The translations under genes and the position numbers were made by a program. From Flavobacteriales bacterium (lineage in GTDB: Bacteria > Bacteroidota > Bacteroidia > Flavobacteriales_F > PHOS-HE28): a stretch of DNA of 58,036 nucleotides. Numbering within the stretch: position 1 is the first letter of the stretch; each line of letters opens with the position of its first letter. The stretch lies in assembly GCA_019638075.1 (NCBI GenBank), contig JAHBUM010000001.1, positions 1 to 58,036 on the forward strand, given 5' to 3'. This document shows, in pieces, positions 17,281 through 25,999 of the stretch. The notes under the pieces are model-generated. The model was not told the origin of the DNA. It worked only from the letters and a program-made list of their open reading frames with translations, and searched no databases.

Positions 17281-18057
17281 CTACTTCGGTTCACCCTTGC
17301 GCGCCTCGCTGAGCGGCAACCTCCAGAACGCCCCCACCATCAGCGTGTGGTCGAACTCCTCATCGATCCCATTCCCGCGCACGAGGTATTGCAGTTGATA
17401 CCCCGCCGTGATCTGCAGATGCTCCCACGGCCGGTACCCGAGCTGCACCGCAGGCCGTATCTGGTCGAAGGCTCCATTGAACGTATCGTCGCCGAAGCGC
17501 ATCATCGTTTCCTTCTGCAGGATCGCCTGCCATTCGCCCGCCTTGCCGCTCCTGCCGTTCAGCGGGGCGATCACGCGGGCACGGTACCGTAGCCGCCCCA
17601 CGTACTTGTGCCCTTGTGATACGGGGCCTTCGGGCTGGGCAAGGTGCCGCTCAAGGAAGCGCTGTTCGCAGCGCAACCGGTGGTCCATGCGCCAGTTGCC
17701 GAGCGGGTGCTGGTAGCCGAGCTGCGCCCACGTGCGGTGCTCGCGTTGCATGGCCGGTGTGCGGAAGCGGCCGTAGGGGTGCGAGCGCCAGTAGGCATAG
17801 CCGGGCTGCAACGACCAGCGCCCCGTGCGGTATTCCGATGCGAGCAGCAGCCCCTCCTGCAAGTGATGGCCGAACCCGCCCGCCCTGCGCCAATGCACTT
17901 CCGGCGTGAACCACCAACGTTGCGCCACTTGCACATGTGCCACGGCCGAGGTCCATGCGTTGAACTGGTGCACGGTGCGGCCGTCGCGGTCGTTGGCCGA
18001 TGCCGATGGCAGAAATGGCGCGAGGATCAGGAAGGCGGAAAAGGTGCTGCAACGCAT
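17281..18057 (-). CDS. outer-membrane beta-barrel-like protein, probably DUF2490 family
   Basis: 258 aa. Signal peptide, Trp/Tyr/Arg-rich alternating strands, terminal aromatic residue. DUF2490 assignment is from memory of the family pattern. Confidence 0.5.
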   Translation of the reverse strand: MRCSTFSAFLILAPFLPSASANDRDGRTVHQFNAWTSAVAHVQVAQRWWFTPEVHWRRAGGFGHHLQEGLLLASEYRTGRWSLQPGYAYWRSHPYGRFRTPAMQREHRTWAQLGYQHPLGNWRMDHRLRCEQRFLERHLAQPEGPVSQGHKYVGRLRYRARVIAPLNGRSGKAGEWQAILQKETMMRFGDDTFNGAFDQIRPAVQLGYRPWEHLQITAGYQLQYLVRGNGIDEEFDHTLMVGAFWRLPLSEARKGEPK

Positions 18058-18177
18058 CGGGGGGCGAATTTCGAGGAGGGAACCGGGAAAGATCCGGGAA
18101 CGGGACGTGTTGGCATTTATTGGCGGAACGGTCGCAGACGCTGCCGTGCGGATACCGTGCCATCCACTGCCAAAAGC

Positions 18178-18185
18178 GATCTTTG
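18178..18185 (+). promoter_or_regulatory. candidate -7 box GAtcTTTG upstream of dxr
   Basis: gatctttg, 57 nt upstream of ATG 18242. Confidence 0.3.
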
Positions 18186-18241
18186 CCCTTTCACCACGAC
18201 CCGGCGTTCATGTTCACATGGGCATACGGTTCCATGTCCAC

Positions 18242-19402
18242 ATGAAAAAGATCGCCATCCTCGGCTCCACCGGCTCCATCGGCACGCAGGCCCTCGACGT
18301 GGTGCGCGAGCAGCCCGGGCATTTCGAGGTGGAACTGCTGAGCTGTGGCAACAACTGCGACCTGCTCATTCAACAGGCGCTGGAGTTCAAGCCCAACGCC
18401 GTGGTGATCGGCGATGCCGCCAAGCTGGAGATGGTGAAGGATGCGCTCTTCCCGCAGGGCATCAAAGCCTACGCCGGTGCCGAGGCGCTGGAGCAGTGCG
18501 TACGCATGGAAGGCATCGAACTGGTGCTCACGGCGCTGGTGGGTTATGCCGGTCTGCGCCCCACATTGGCCGCGATCGATGCGGGCAAGCACATCGCATT
18601 GGCGAACAAGGAAACGCTCGTCGTTGCTGGCGGGTTGGTGACGAAGGCCGCGCGTGAAAAAGGCGTGAACATCTACCCGGTGGACAGCGAGCACAGCGCC
18701 ATCTTCCAATGCCTCGCCGGTGAATGGCACAACCCGATCGAGAAGATCGTGCTCACCGCGAGCGGTGGTCCGTTCCGTGGGAAGTCGCGCGAGGAACTGG
18801 CGAAGGTGACCAAGGCACAAGCCCTGAAGCATCCCAACTGGGACATGGGCGCCAAGATCACCATCGACAGCGCCAGCCTGATGAACAAGGGGCTGGAGGC
18901 GATCGAAGCGAAGTGGCTCTTCAACCTGAAGGCCGACCAGATCGAGATCGTGGTGCATCCGCAGAGCATCATCCACAGCATGGTGCAGTTCCGCGATGGC
19001 AGCATGAAGGCCCAGATGGGATTGCCCGACATGAAACTGCCGATCCAGTACGCGATGGCCTACCCGGAGCGGTTGCCCACCAACTGGCCGCGTTTCGACT
19101 TCATGAAGTACCCGGCATTCACCTTCGAGCAGCCGGATATGGACACCTTCCGCAACCTCGCGCTGGCCCTGCAAGCCATGGAGAAGGGCGGCAATGCGCC
19201 CTGCGTGCTCAACGCCGCGAACGAAGTGGCCGTTGAGCTTTTCCTGAAGGACCGCATCGGCTTCCTTGAGATGAGCGACCTGATCGCACATACGCTGGAA
19301 ACCGTGCCCTTCGTTACCGACCCTGCGCTCGCAGACCTTGAAGCCAGCGACGCCGAGGCGCGCCGCGTGGCCCGCACACATACCCTTGCATGGAATTCCT
19401 GA
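18242..19402 (+). CDS. dxr: 1-deoxy-D-xylulose-5-phosphate reductoisomerase
   Basis: MKKIAILGSTGSIGTQALDVV...LANKETLV...DSEHSAIFQC...LTASGGPFR...HPNWDMGAKITIDSA...NKGLE. ATG 18242 chosen over ORF-track start 17906. Confidence 0.97.
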   Translation: MKKIAILGSTGSIGTQALDVVREQPGHFEVELLSCGNNCDLLIQQALEFKPNAVVIGDAAKLEMVKDALFPQGIKAYAGAEALEQCVRMEGIELVLTALVGYAGLRPTLAAIDAGKHIALANKETLVVAGGLVTKAAREKGVNIYPVDSEHSAIFQCLAGEWHNPIEKIVLTASGGPFRGKSREELAKVTKAQALKHPNWDMGAKITIDSASLMNKGLEAIEAKWLFNLKADQIEIVVHPQSIIHSMVQFRDGSMKAQMGLPDMKLPIQYAMAYPERLPTNWPRFDFMKYPAFTFEQPDMDTFRNLALALQAMEKGGNAPCVLNAANEVAVELFLKDRIGFLEMSDLIAHTLETVPFVTDPALADLEASDAEARRVARTHTLAWNS

Positions 19403-20715
19403 TCAAAGCCGCCCAGTTCATCCTGAGCCTGTCCATCATCGTGACCCTGCACGAGATGGGCCACTTCATTCCCGCCCGTTGGTTCAAGGTGCGCGTGGAG
19501 AAGTTCTACCTCTTCTTCGATCCGTGGATCTCGCTGTGGAAGAAGAAGATCGGCGACACCGAGTACGGCGTGGGCTGGCTGCCGCTGGGCGGCTATGTGA
19601 AACTGAGCGGCATGGTGGACGAGAGCATGGACAAGGAGCAGATGGCCCGGCCCGCGCAGCCGTGGGAGTTCCGCAGCAAACCCGCATGGCAGCGCCTCAT
19701 CATCATGGTGGGCGGCGTTACGGTGAACCTGCTGCTGGGCATGCTGATCTACATCGGCGTGCTGTACACGTGGGGCAGGGAATACCTGCCGCTGAGCGAG
19801 GCGAAGTACGGCGTGCATGTCAGCGATGTGATGAAGGAAGCAGGGTTCCAAGAGGGCGATGTCATCCTCGGTGTGGAAGGCGCTGACGTGCGATCGCTGG
19901 AAGATGTGGGCCGTGCGATCCTGATCACCGGAGCGCGCAAGGTGGAGGTGGAGCGCGATGGCGGGCGCACCACCGTGGCACTGGCCCCCGACGTGCATGA
20001 GCGGATCCTGTCCGGCCGCGAGAAGCAGTTGTTCGCACCACGGGTGCCTTTGGCGATCGATTCGGTGGTGGCCGATGGGCCTGCTGCACGAAGCGGCCTG
20101 CTGAAGAGCGACAAGGTGCTGGCCGTGAACGAGGTCAACACCGCCTACTTCGGGGATCTGCGCAAGGCGCTGGCGGAGCACAAGGGAGCGAACGTGACGT
20201 TGAAGGTGGAGCGTGACGGCCAGCGCATGGGCATCGAGGTGCCGGTGAGCGATGAGGGCACGATCGGCATCGGCAACAGGCCCGCGACGGAGTTCTTCAC
20301 CCCGGCCCGCGAGACCTACGGCCTGCTGGCCTCCATTCCCGCCGGGATCAAGCATGGATGGGAAACGCTGGGCGGCTACGTGAGTTCCATGAAGCTGCTC
20401 TTCTCCAAGAGCGGCGCCAGCCAGATCGGCGGCTTCGGCACCATCGGAAGCCTGTTCAGCCCGCAATGGGACTGGCAGGTGTTCTGGAACATGACCGCCT
20501 TTCTCAGCATCATCCTCGCCTTCATGAACATCCTGCCCATCCCCGCGCTGGACGGCGGCCACGTGATGTTCCTGATCTACGAGATGGTCGTGGGGAAACC
20601 CGCACCACAGCGCGTGCTGGAAGTGGCGCAGATGATCGGCATGGTGCTGCTCCTCGGTCTGCTGCTCTTCGCCAACGGCAACGACCTGTTCAAAGGCATC
20701 ACCGGCCGCTTCTGA
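19390..20715 (+). CDS. rseP: RIP (site-2) zinc metalloprotease RseP
   Basis: 441 aa. HEMGHF motif, PDZ region, C-terminal NILPIPALDGGH. Overlaps the dxr 3' end by 13 nt. Confidence 0.93.
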   Translation: MEFLIKAAQFILSLSIIVTLHEMGHFIPARWFKVRVEKFYLFFDPWISLWKKKIGDTEYGVGWLPLGGYVKLSGMVDESMDKEQMARPAQPWEFRSKPAWQRLIIMVGGVTVNLLLGMLIYIGVLYTWGREYLPLSEAKYGVHVSDVMKEAGFQEGDVILGVEGADVRSLEDVGRAILITGARKVEVERDGGRTTVALAPDVHERILSGREKQLFAPRVPLAIDSVVADGPAARSGLLKSDKVLAVNEVNTAYFGDLRKALAEHKGANVTLKVERDGQRMGIEVPVSDEGTIGIGNRPATEFFTPARETYGLLASIPAGIKHGWETLGGYVSSMKLLFSKSGASQIGGFGTIGSLFSPQWDWQVFWNMTAFLSIILAFMNILPIPALDGGHVMFLIYEMVVGKPAPQRVLEVAQMIGMVLLLGLLLFANGNDLFKGITGRF

Positions 20716-20733
20716 TCACGTGCCCGCCCCGCC

Positions 20734-21201
20734 ATGCTCTCGCGTGCCAAGGCCCTTTCGGAGAACAAGAAGCAGCTCACCAAGTTCGTGCTGATCGGCG
20801 GGCTGGCGGTGCTTACCGATCTGGCCTGCTACTACGTGTTCCTGAACGTGATCCCGGCCAACGCGTTCCCGCCGCCGATCGACAACGAGGCGGTGAGCAA
20901 GACGCTCTCCTTCCTATGCGGCCTGTCGGTCACCTACTGGTTCAACAAGCGCTGGACATGGCGCCGCCGCGACCGCGACAACCGGCGGCTGGCCAAGTTC
21001 CTGCTTACCTACGGCGTGTCGCTGGTGCTCAATGTGGGGATCAACTCCGGCCTGCTGCACGTGCTGCACACATGGCCGGTGTTCGCCGATGTGCCGCTGA
21101 AGTACCTGATCGCCTTCGTGGGCGCCACGGGCTTCTGTTCGGCCTTCAACTTCGTGGGCCAGAAGTTCTGGATCTTCAGGCTGGGGGAGGAGGAGGGGTA
21201 G
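20734..21201 (+). CDS. GtrA family membrane protein
   Basis: 155 aa. ...QLTKFVLIGGLAVLTDLACYYV... ...FNFVGQKFWIFR, typical GtrA ends. Confidence 0.8.
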   Translation: MLSRAKALSENKKQLTKFVLIGGLAVLTDLACYYVFLNVIPANAFPPPIDNEAVSKTLSFLCGLSVTYWFNKRWTWRRRDRDNRRLAKFLLTYGVSLVLNVGINSGLLHVLHTWPVFADVPLKYLIAFVGATGFCSAFNFVGQKFWIFRLGEEEG

Positions 21202-21210
21202 AGCAAGTAG

Positions 21211-21359
21211 GCAGCAGGCAGTCAGCAGCAGGCAGTCGGCAGCACGCGGTCCGCGATGTACTGCTGAGCCGGACCATCGCAGGCACCAATAAGCCATCGG
21301 CTTCCCGCTGCGGCGATAGGTGCCGAACTGCCGACTGCCTGCTGCTGACTGCCTGCTGC
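21211..21359. repeat. 149-nt element: perfect 32-bp terminal inverted repeats flanking an 85-nt structured core (MITE-like element or structured RNA)
   Basis: 21211-21242 gcagcaggcagtcagcagcaggcagtcggcag is the exact reverse complement of 21328-21359. Each arm is itself about 2.3 copies of a 14-mer. The core contains nested small stems (ggcacc/ggtgcc, aagcc/ggctt). Confidence 0.6.
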
Positions 21360-21409
21360 ATTCTGCATTCCCCCCGAACCCCGAACTCCTTCTTCACGTA
21401 CAACACACC

Positions 21410-21769
21410 ATGCCTCATGTGGTGCTGGTGGAGGACGACGCGCTCGTTCGCAAGCTTTTGGAAAAGCGGCTCGTTGTGGCCGGATGGCAGGTCACCAGCC
21501 TGCGCGATGGCCGTGGCCTCGTGGCCCAGCTTCAGCAGCAGCCCGCGGACCTCATCCTCATCGACCTCGGCCTGCCGCACATCGATGGCCTCGCCTTGGT
21601 GGAGGATCTCCGCGCCAGCGGCATCGACACGCCGGTGATGATCCTCACCGCCTACGACCTGCCGCACCTGCACGCCACCGTGCGCAGCACAGGCGCGAAC
21701 GCACTGGTGCAGAAACCCTACGATCAGGAAGACCTGATCCGGCGGATGCACCGGTTGCTGGCAGCTTGA
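21410..21769 (+). CDS. single-domain response regulator (CheY-like receiver)
   Basis: MPHVVLVEDDALVRKLL...DLILIDLGLPHIDG...PVMILTAY...KPY. ATG 21410 chosen over GTG 21320, which lies inside the inverted repeat. Confidence 0.88.
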   Translation: MPHVVLVEDDALVRKLLEKRLVVAGWQVTSLRDGRGLVAQLQQQPADLILIDLGLPHIDGLALVEDLRASGIDTPVMILTAYDLPHLHATVRSTGANALVQKPYDQEDLIRRMHRLLAA

Positions 21770-21779
21770 ACGAAATACA

Positions 21780-21835
21780 GGGGCAGGGGCAGGAGGCAGG
21801 GACGCGTCATTGCCCCTGCCAACTGCTCCTGCTCC
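21780..21835 (+). terminator. GGGGCA-word hairpin after the response regulator (degenerate relative of 13893-13959)
   Basis: ggcaggggca (21782-21791) pairs with tgcccctgcc (21811-21820). Shares ggggcaggggcaggag and ctgctcctgctcc with the 13.9-kb hairpin. Confidence 0.45.
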
Positions 21836-21843
21836 ACAACCCC

Positions 21844-21851
21844 GACCTTTG
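21844..21851 (+). promoter_or_regulatory. candidate -7 box GAccTTTG, 5 nt from GTG 21857 (leaderless geometry)
   Basis: gacctttg caccc gtg read directly from sequence. Confidence 0.3.
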
Positions 21852-21856
21852 CACCC

Positions 21857-22894
21857 GTGCGCGCTCCTTCGTTCACACACGACGTCATCATCATCGGCCA
21901 AGGATTGGCCGGCACGGTGCTGTCCGCCACGTTGCAGCAGCGCGGCAGGCGCGTGGTGGTGTTCGATGTGCCGCTTGCGGGCCGTGCATCGGAAGTGGCG
22001 GCCGGCTTGGTGAACCCGGTGGTGCTGCGCCGCACGGTGCTCACGTGGCGCGCGTCGGAGATGCTGGCGATCGCCGGGGCGTTCTACCGCGACCTCGGCC
22101 TGCAGTACGACAAGGCGTTCTGGCACCCCATGCCGTTGGTCGCCATCTTCCCCACGGCGCAGGAGGCGGGCATCTGGGAGCTGCGCACGAAGGATCCGGA
22201 GACCATGCGTTTCGTGCGCATGGACACCTCCGCCGACCAAGCCCTCGATGCCCTGCCGCAGCCCTACGGCCGTGGCGTGGTGGACCGCTCGGCATGGGTG
22301 GATGTGAAGGCCCTGCTCGCCGCACACCGCAACGAACTGCGCGCGGGCGACGCGCTGCGCGAACAACGCGTGGAAGCCGGGGACATCATCCGGTACGACG
22401 ATGGCATCGGCATACATGACTGTTCGGCGCCGCTGGTGGTGCATTGCGCAGGGCCTTTCGCGGAAGTGCCCGGTCTGGTGCCGGTGAAGGGCGAAGGGCT
22501 CACGGTACGCATCCCCGGCCTGCACTTGGACCGCATCGTGCATCGCGGCGTGTTCCTGCTGCCGCTTGGCGCGGACGTGTACCGCGTGGGCGCCACCTTC
22601 GCGTGGGACGATGTGTGGAGCGGCCCTTCGGAGGAAGCCCGGCACTACCTGCTGGACCGTACCGAACGCTTGGTGGAACGCGAGGTGGAAGTGCTGGACC
22701 ACTGGTGCGGCGTGCGCCCCGCATCCAAGGACCGCCGCCCTCTCCTCGGCCGCATCGGCACGCACGAAGTGGTGTTCAACGGACTGGGTTCGCGCGGCGT
22801 GATGCTGGCACCGTGGTGTGCGCAGCAGTTGTGCGGGCATTTGCTCGATGGTGCGCCGTTGGATGTCGAGGTGCGCGTGGAGCGGTTCGGATAG
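21857..22894 (+). CDS. FAD-dependent oxidoreductase (DAO family)
   Basis: 345 aa. N-terminal Rossmann HDVIIIGQGLAGTVLSATLQQRGRRVVVFD. Substrate not inferable. Confidence 0.75.
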   Translation: MRAPSFTHDVIIIGQGLAGTVLSATLQQRGRRVVVFDVPLAGRASEVAAGLVNPVVLRRTVLTWRASEMLAIAGAFYRDLGLQYDKAFWHPMPLVAIFPTAQEAGIWELRTKDPETMRFVRMDTSADQALDALPQPYGRGVVDRSAWVDVKALLAAHRNELRAGDALREQRVEAGDIIRYDDGIGIHDCSAPLVVHCAGPFAEVPGLVPVKGEGLTVRIPGLHLDRIVHRGVFLLPLGADVYRVGATFAWDDVWSGPSEEARHYLLDRTERLVEREVEVLDHWCGVRPASKDRRPLLGRIGTHEVVFNGLGSRGVMLAPWCAQQLCGHLLDGAPLDVEVRVERFG

Positions 22895-23003
22895 CTGAAG
22901 TGCGATGCGCTGTGTGATAGCCGCGCCGCGTCCATCCGAGGAGCAGCCGGTCGGAGCAACGAAGGCACGCTCGGACACATCATATTCTTTCCCCGCCCGC
23001 TCG

Positions 23004-23011
23004 CATCTTTG
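23004..23011 (+). promoter_or_regulatory. candidate -7-like box CAtcTTTG upstream of glyQS
   Basis: catctttg, 71 nt upstream of ATG 23083. The leader contains a small hairpin, ccgcc...ggcgg, at 23050-23075. Confidence 0.25.
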
Positions 23012-23082
23012 CAGCCGCGCCGCCAAAGGATTCCAAGGCGACCGCGACACCGCCTCCGCATAAATGCTACGGCGGATGAGAC

Positions 23083-24624
23083 ATGAGCACCAACGAGGAC
23101 AAACTCAAGACCCTGATCGGCCATGCCAAGGAGTATGGCTACGTGTTCCAAAGCAGCGAGATCTACGACGGCCTCAGCGCCACGTACGACTACGGCCCGT
23201 ACGGCGTGGAGCTGAAGAACAACATCCGCCGCTACTGGTGGGAGGCCATGACCAAGCTCCACGAGAACATCGTGGGCATCGACGCGGCCATCTTCATGCA
23301 CCCCACCACGTGGAAGGCGAGCGGACACGTGGACGCCTTCAACGACCCGCTGATCGACAACAAGGACAGCAAGAAACGCTACCGCGCCGATGTGCTGCTG
23401 GAAGAGCACATGGCGAAGTATGCCGACAAGATCGAGAAGGAGGTGGAGAAGGGTCGGAAGAAGTTCGGTGATGCCTTCGATGAAGCGCAGTTCCGTGCCA
23501 CCAACCCGAACGTGAAGCGTTCGCAGGAGCGCATCGACTCCGTGGAAGGCCGCATGAAAACCGCACTGGAGGCCAACGATCTGGAGGCCGTGCGTCAGCT
23601 TATCATCGACGAGGAGATCAAGTGCCCGGTGAGCGGCACCGGCAATTGGACCGAGGTGCGGCAGTTCAACCTGATGTTCGCCACCGAGCTGGGCAGCGTG
23701 AGCGGCGAGAGCAGCACGATCTACCTGCGGCCCGAAACGGCGCAGGGCATCTTCGTGAACTTCCTGAACGTGCAGAAGAGCGCGCGCATGAAGCTGCCCT
23801 TCGGCATCGCGCAGACCGGCAAGGCCTTCCGCAACGAGATCGTGGCGCGCCAGTTCATCTTCCGCATGCGCGAGTTCGAGCAGATGGAGATGCAGTTCTT
23901 CATCAAGCCCGGTACGCAGCAGGACTGGTACGAATACTGGAAGACCAAGCGCATGGAATGGCACCGCGCACTCGGCCTGCCAACGGAGAATTACCGCTTC
24001 CACGACCACATCAAACTGGCGCACTACGCCGATGCGGCCTGCGACATCGAGTTCAAGTTCCCCATGGGCTTCAAGGAGCTCGAAGGGATCCACAGCCGCA
24101 CCGACTTCGACCTGGGCAACCACGAGAAGTACAGCGGCAAGAAGCTGCGCTACTTCGATACCGAGACCAACGAGAGCTACGTGCCCTACGTGCTGGAGAC
24201 GAGCATCGGCCTGGACCGCATGTTCCTTGCGATCCTCAGCGCGGCCTACGAGGAGGAAAAACTGGAAAGCGGCGAAACACGCGAAGTGCTGCGCATCCCC
24301 GCGCCGCTGGCCCCGGTGAAGGTGGCCGTGCTGCCGCTGATCAAGAAGGACGGCCTGCCCGAGAAGGCACGCGCCATCATCGACGGGCTGAAACTGTCGC
24401 ACAACTGCCAGTACGACGACAAGGACAGCATCGGCAAGCGTTACCGCCGCCAGGATGCCATCGGTACGCCCTACTGCATCACCGTGGACCACGACACGCT
24501 CACCGACAACGCCGTCACCATCCGCGAGCGCGACAGCATGAAGCAGGAGCGGGTGCCCATCAGCGAGGTGGAGCGGATCGTGGGCGAGAAGGTGGATATG
24601 CGCACGCTGCTGCGGCAGTTGTGA
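23083..24624 (+). CDS. glyQS: glycine--tRNA ligase (homodimeric class II type)
   Basis: 513 aa. ...YGYVFQSSEIYDGLSATYDYGPYGVELKNNI...YLRPETAQGIFVNF...FRNEI..R..IFRMREFEQMEMQFF... Confidence 0.96.
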   Translation: MSTNEDKLKTLIGHAKEYGYVFQSSEIYDGLSATYDYGPYGVELKNNIRRYWWEAMTKLHENIVGIDAAIFMHPTTWKASGHVDAFNDPLIDNKDSKKRYRADVLLEEHMAKYADKIEKEVEKGRKKFGDAFDEAQFRATNPNVKRSQERIDSVEGRMKTALEANDLEAVRQLIIDEEIKCPVSGTGNWTEVRQFNLMFATELGSVSGESSTIYLRPETAQGIFVNFLNVQKSARMKLPFGIAQTGKAFRNEIVARQFIFRMREFEQMEMQFFIKPGTQQDWYEYWKTKRMEWHRALGLPTENYRFHDHIKLAHYADAACDIEFKFPMGFKELEGIHSRTDFDLGNHEKYSGKKLRYFDTETNESYVPYVLETSIGLDRMFLAILSAAYEEEKLESGETREVLRIPAPLAPVKVAVLPLIKKDGLPEKARAIIDGLKLSHNCQYDDKDSIGKRYRRQDAIGTPYCITVDHDTLTDNAVTIRERDSMKQERVPISEVERIVGEKVDMRTLLRQL

Positions 24625-24658
24625 TCGCGCGGCCCGGAGCGCCATCCGACCTTTTGGT

Positions 24659-24695
24659 GCGAACAGTCCCTCCGTTCAAGGAGCGGGCTGTTCGT
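24659..24695 (+). terminator. hairpin downstream of glyQS
   Basis: cgaacag (24660-24666) pairs with ctgttcg (24688-24694), with an inner ctcc/ggag stem. Weak T-content follows. Confidence 0.4.
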
Positions 24696-24726
24696 GCTTC
24701 TGCATGATGATATATTACCCATCCCG

Positions 24727-24751
24727 GGATCGACGTATTTAATGTCGATCC
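24727..24751. promoter_or_regulatory. palindromic operator candidate GGATCGAC-N9-GTCGATCC upstream of dinB
   Basis: Read directly from sequence. Ends 8 nt before ATG 24759. The same arms and spacing occur at 30760-30782 before dnaE2. Confidence 0.55.
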
Positions 24752-24758
24752 GCCCTCG

Positions 24759-25985
24759 ATGTCCTCCGCCGAGCAACGCGTCATCCTGCACCTGGACCTG
24801 GACAGCTTCTTCGTGAGCGTGGAGCGGCTGCACAACCCGGCCCTGGTGGGCAAACCCGTGATCGTGGGTGCCGACAGCGACCGCGGCGTGGTGGCCAGCT
24901 GCAGCTACGAGGCCCGGGCCTACGGTGTGCGCAGCGCCATGCCCATGCGCACCGCCAAGCAGCTCTGCCCCGACGCCATCATCGTGCGCGGCAACAGCGG
25001 TGCCTACATGGAGATGAGCGATGTGGTGACCGAGCTCATCCGCGCGCGCGTGCCGCTGTTCGAGAAGACCAGCGTGGACGAGTTCTACGTGGACCTCACG
25101 GGCACGGAGAAGTTCTTCGGCGCGGAGAAGCTGGCGCGCGATGTGCGGGCGGCGATCCTGCGCGAAACCCACCTGCCCAACAGCTTCGGCCTCTCCGCGA
25201 ACAAGACCGTGAGCAAGGTGGCCACCGATGATGCGAAGCCCAACGGCACCAAGCAGATCGCGCACGGCACCGAGAAGCCCTACCTGGCCCCCAAGCCCAT
25301 CGAGGCCATCCCGGGCGTGGGCGGCAAGACGGCGCATCTGCTGCGCAGCATGGGCGTGGCGCGCATCGCCACCATGCAGGAGATGCCCATGGAGTTGCTG
25401 GAACGGCTGCTCGGCGCGCACGGCCCCGTGCTGTGGCGCAAGGCCAACGGCATCGACCCCAGCCCCGTGGTGCCCTGGCACGAACGCAAGAGCATCGGCA
25501 CTGAACGCACCTTCGCCACCGACACGCTCGACCTGGTGAAGGTGCGCGGCATGCTCACCGCCATGGCCGAGAGCCTGGCCTTCCAGCTGCGCCGCGGGCG
25601 CCGGCTCACGGGCTGTGTGAACGTGCGCGTACGCTATGCCGACATGGAGACGCACGACCGCCAGCAGCGCATCCCCTACACCGCCTGCGACCACCTGCTG
25701 TTGCCGCTGGTGCACGACCTCTTCCACAAACTCTACGACCGCCGGCAGCGCATCCGGCTCATCGGCGTGCGCTTCAGCAACCTCGTGGGCGGCGGCCACC
25801 AGATGGACGCCTTCACCGACACCGAGGAGGCCATGCGGCTGTACCAGGCCATGGACAAGATCCGCCAGCGCTTCGGCGACCGCACCGTGATGCGCGCCAG
25901 CGGCATGGACGCGCACAGCATCGGCCGTATGGACGATCCGTTCGACGGGCAGGCACCGCTGCTGCTGGCCAACCGACGTACTTAG
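24759..25985 (+). CDS. dinB: DNA polymerase IV (Y-family)
   Basis: 408 aa. ILHLDLDSFFVSVE...SCSYEARAYGVRSAMP...VDEFYVDLTG...KTVSKVATD.AKPNG are the Y-family catalytic motifs. Confidence 0.93.
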   Translation: MSSAEQRVILHLDLDSFFVSVERLHNPALVGKPVIVGADSDRGVVASCSYEARAYGVRSAMPMRTAKQLCPDAIIVRGNSGAYMEMSDVVTELIRARVPLFEKTSVDEFYVDLTGTEKFFGAEKLARDVRAAILRETHLPNSFGLSANKTVSKVATDDAKPNGTKQIAHGTEKPYLAPKPIEAIPGVGGKTAHLLRSMGVARIATMQEMPMELLERLLGAHGPVLWRKANGIDPSPVVPWHERKSIGTERTFATDTLDLVKVRGMLTAMAESLAFQLRRGRRLTGCVNVRVRYADMETHDRQQRIPYTACDHLLLPLVHDLFHKLYDRRQRIRLIGVRFSNLVGGGHQMDAFTDTEEAMRLYQAMDKIRQRFGDRTVMRASGMDAHSIGRMDDPFDGQAPLLLANRRT

Positions 25986-25999
25986 GGGTGACAGAACGG

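Noticed and set aside
21176-24645. 624-aa and 666-aa minus-strand ORFs (21176-23050, 22645-24645)
   Set aside because: They are antisense to the response regulator, FAD oxidoreductase and glyQS genes. Low-complexity Arg/His/Ala composition and no recognisable motifs.
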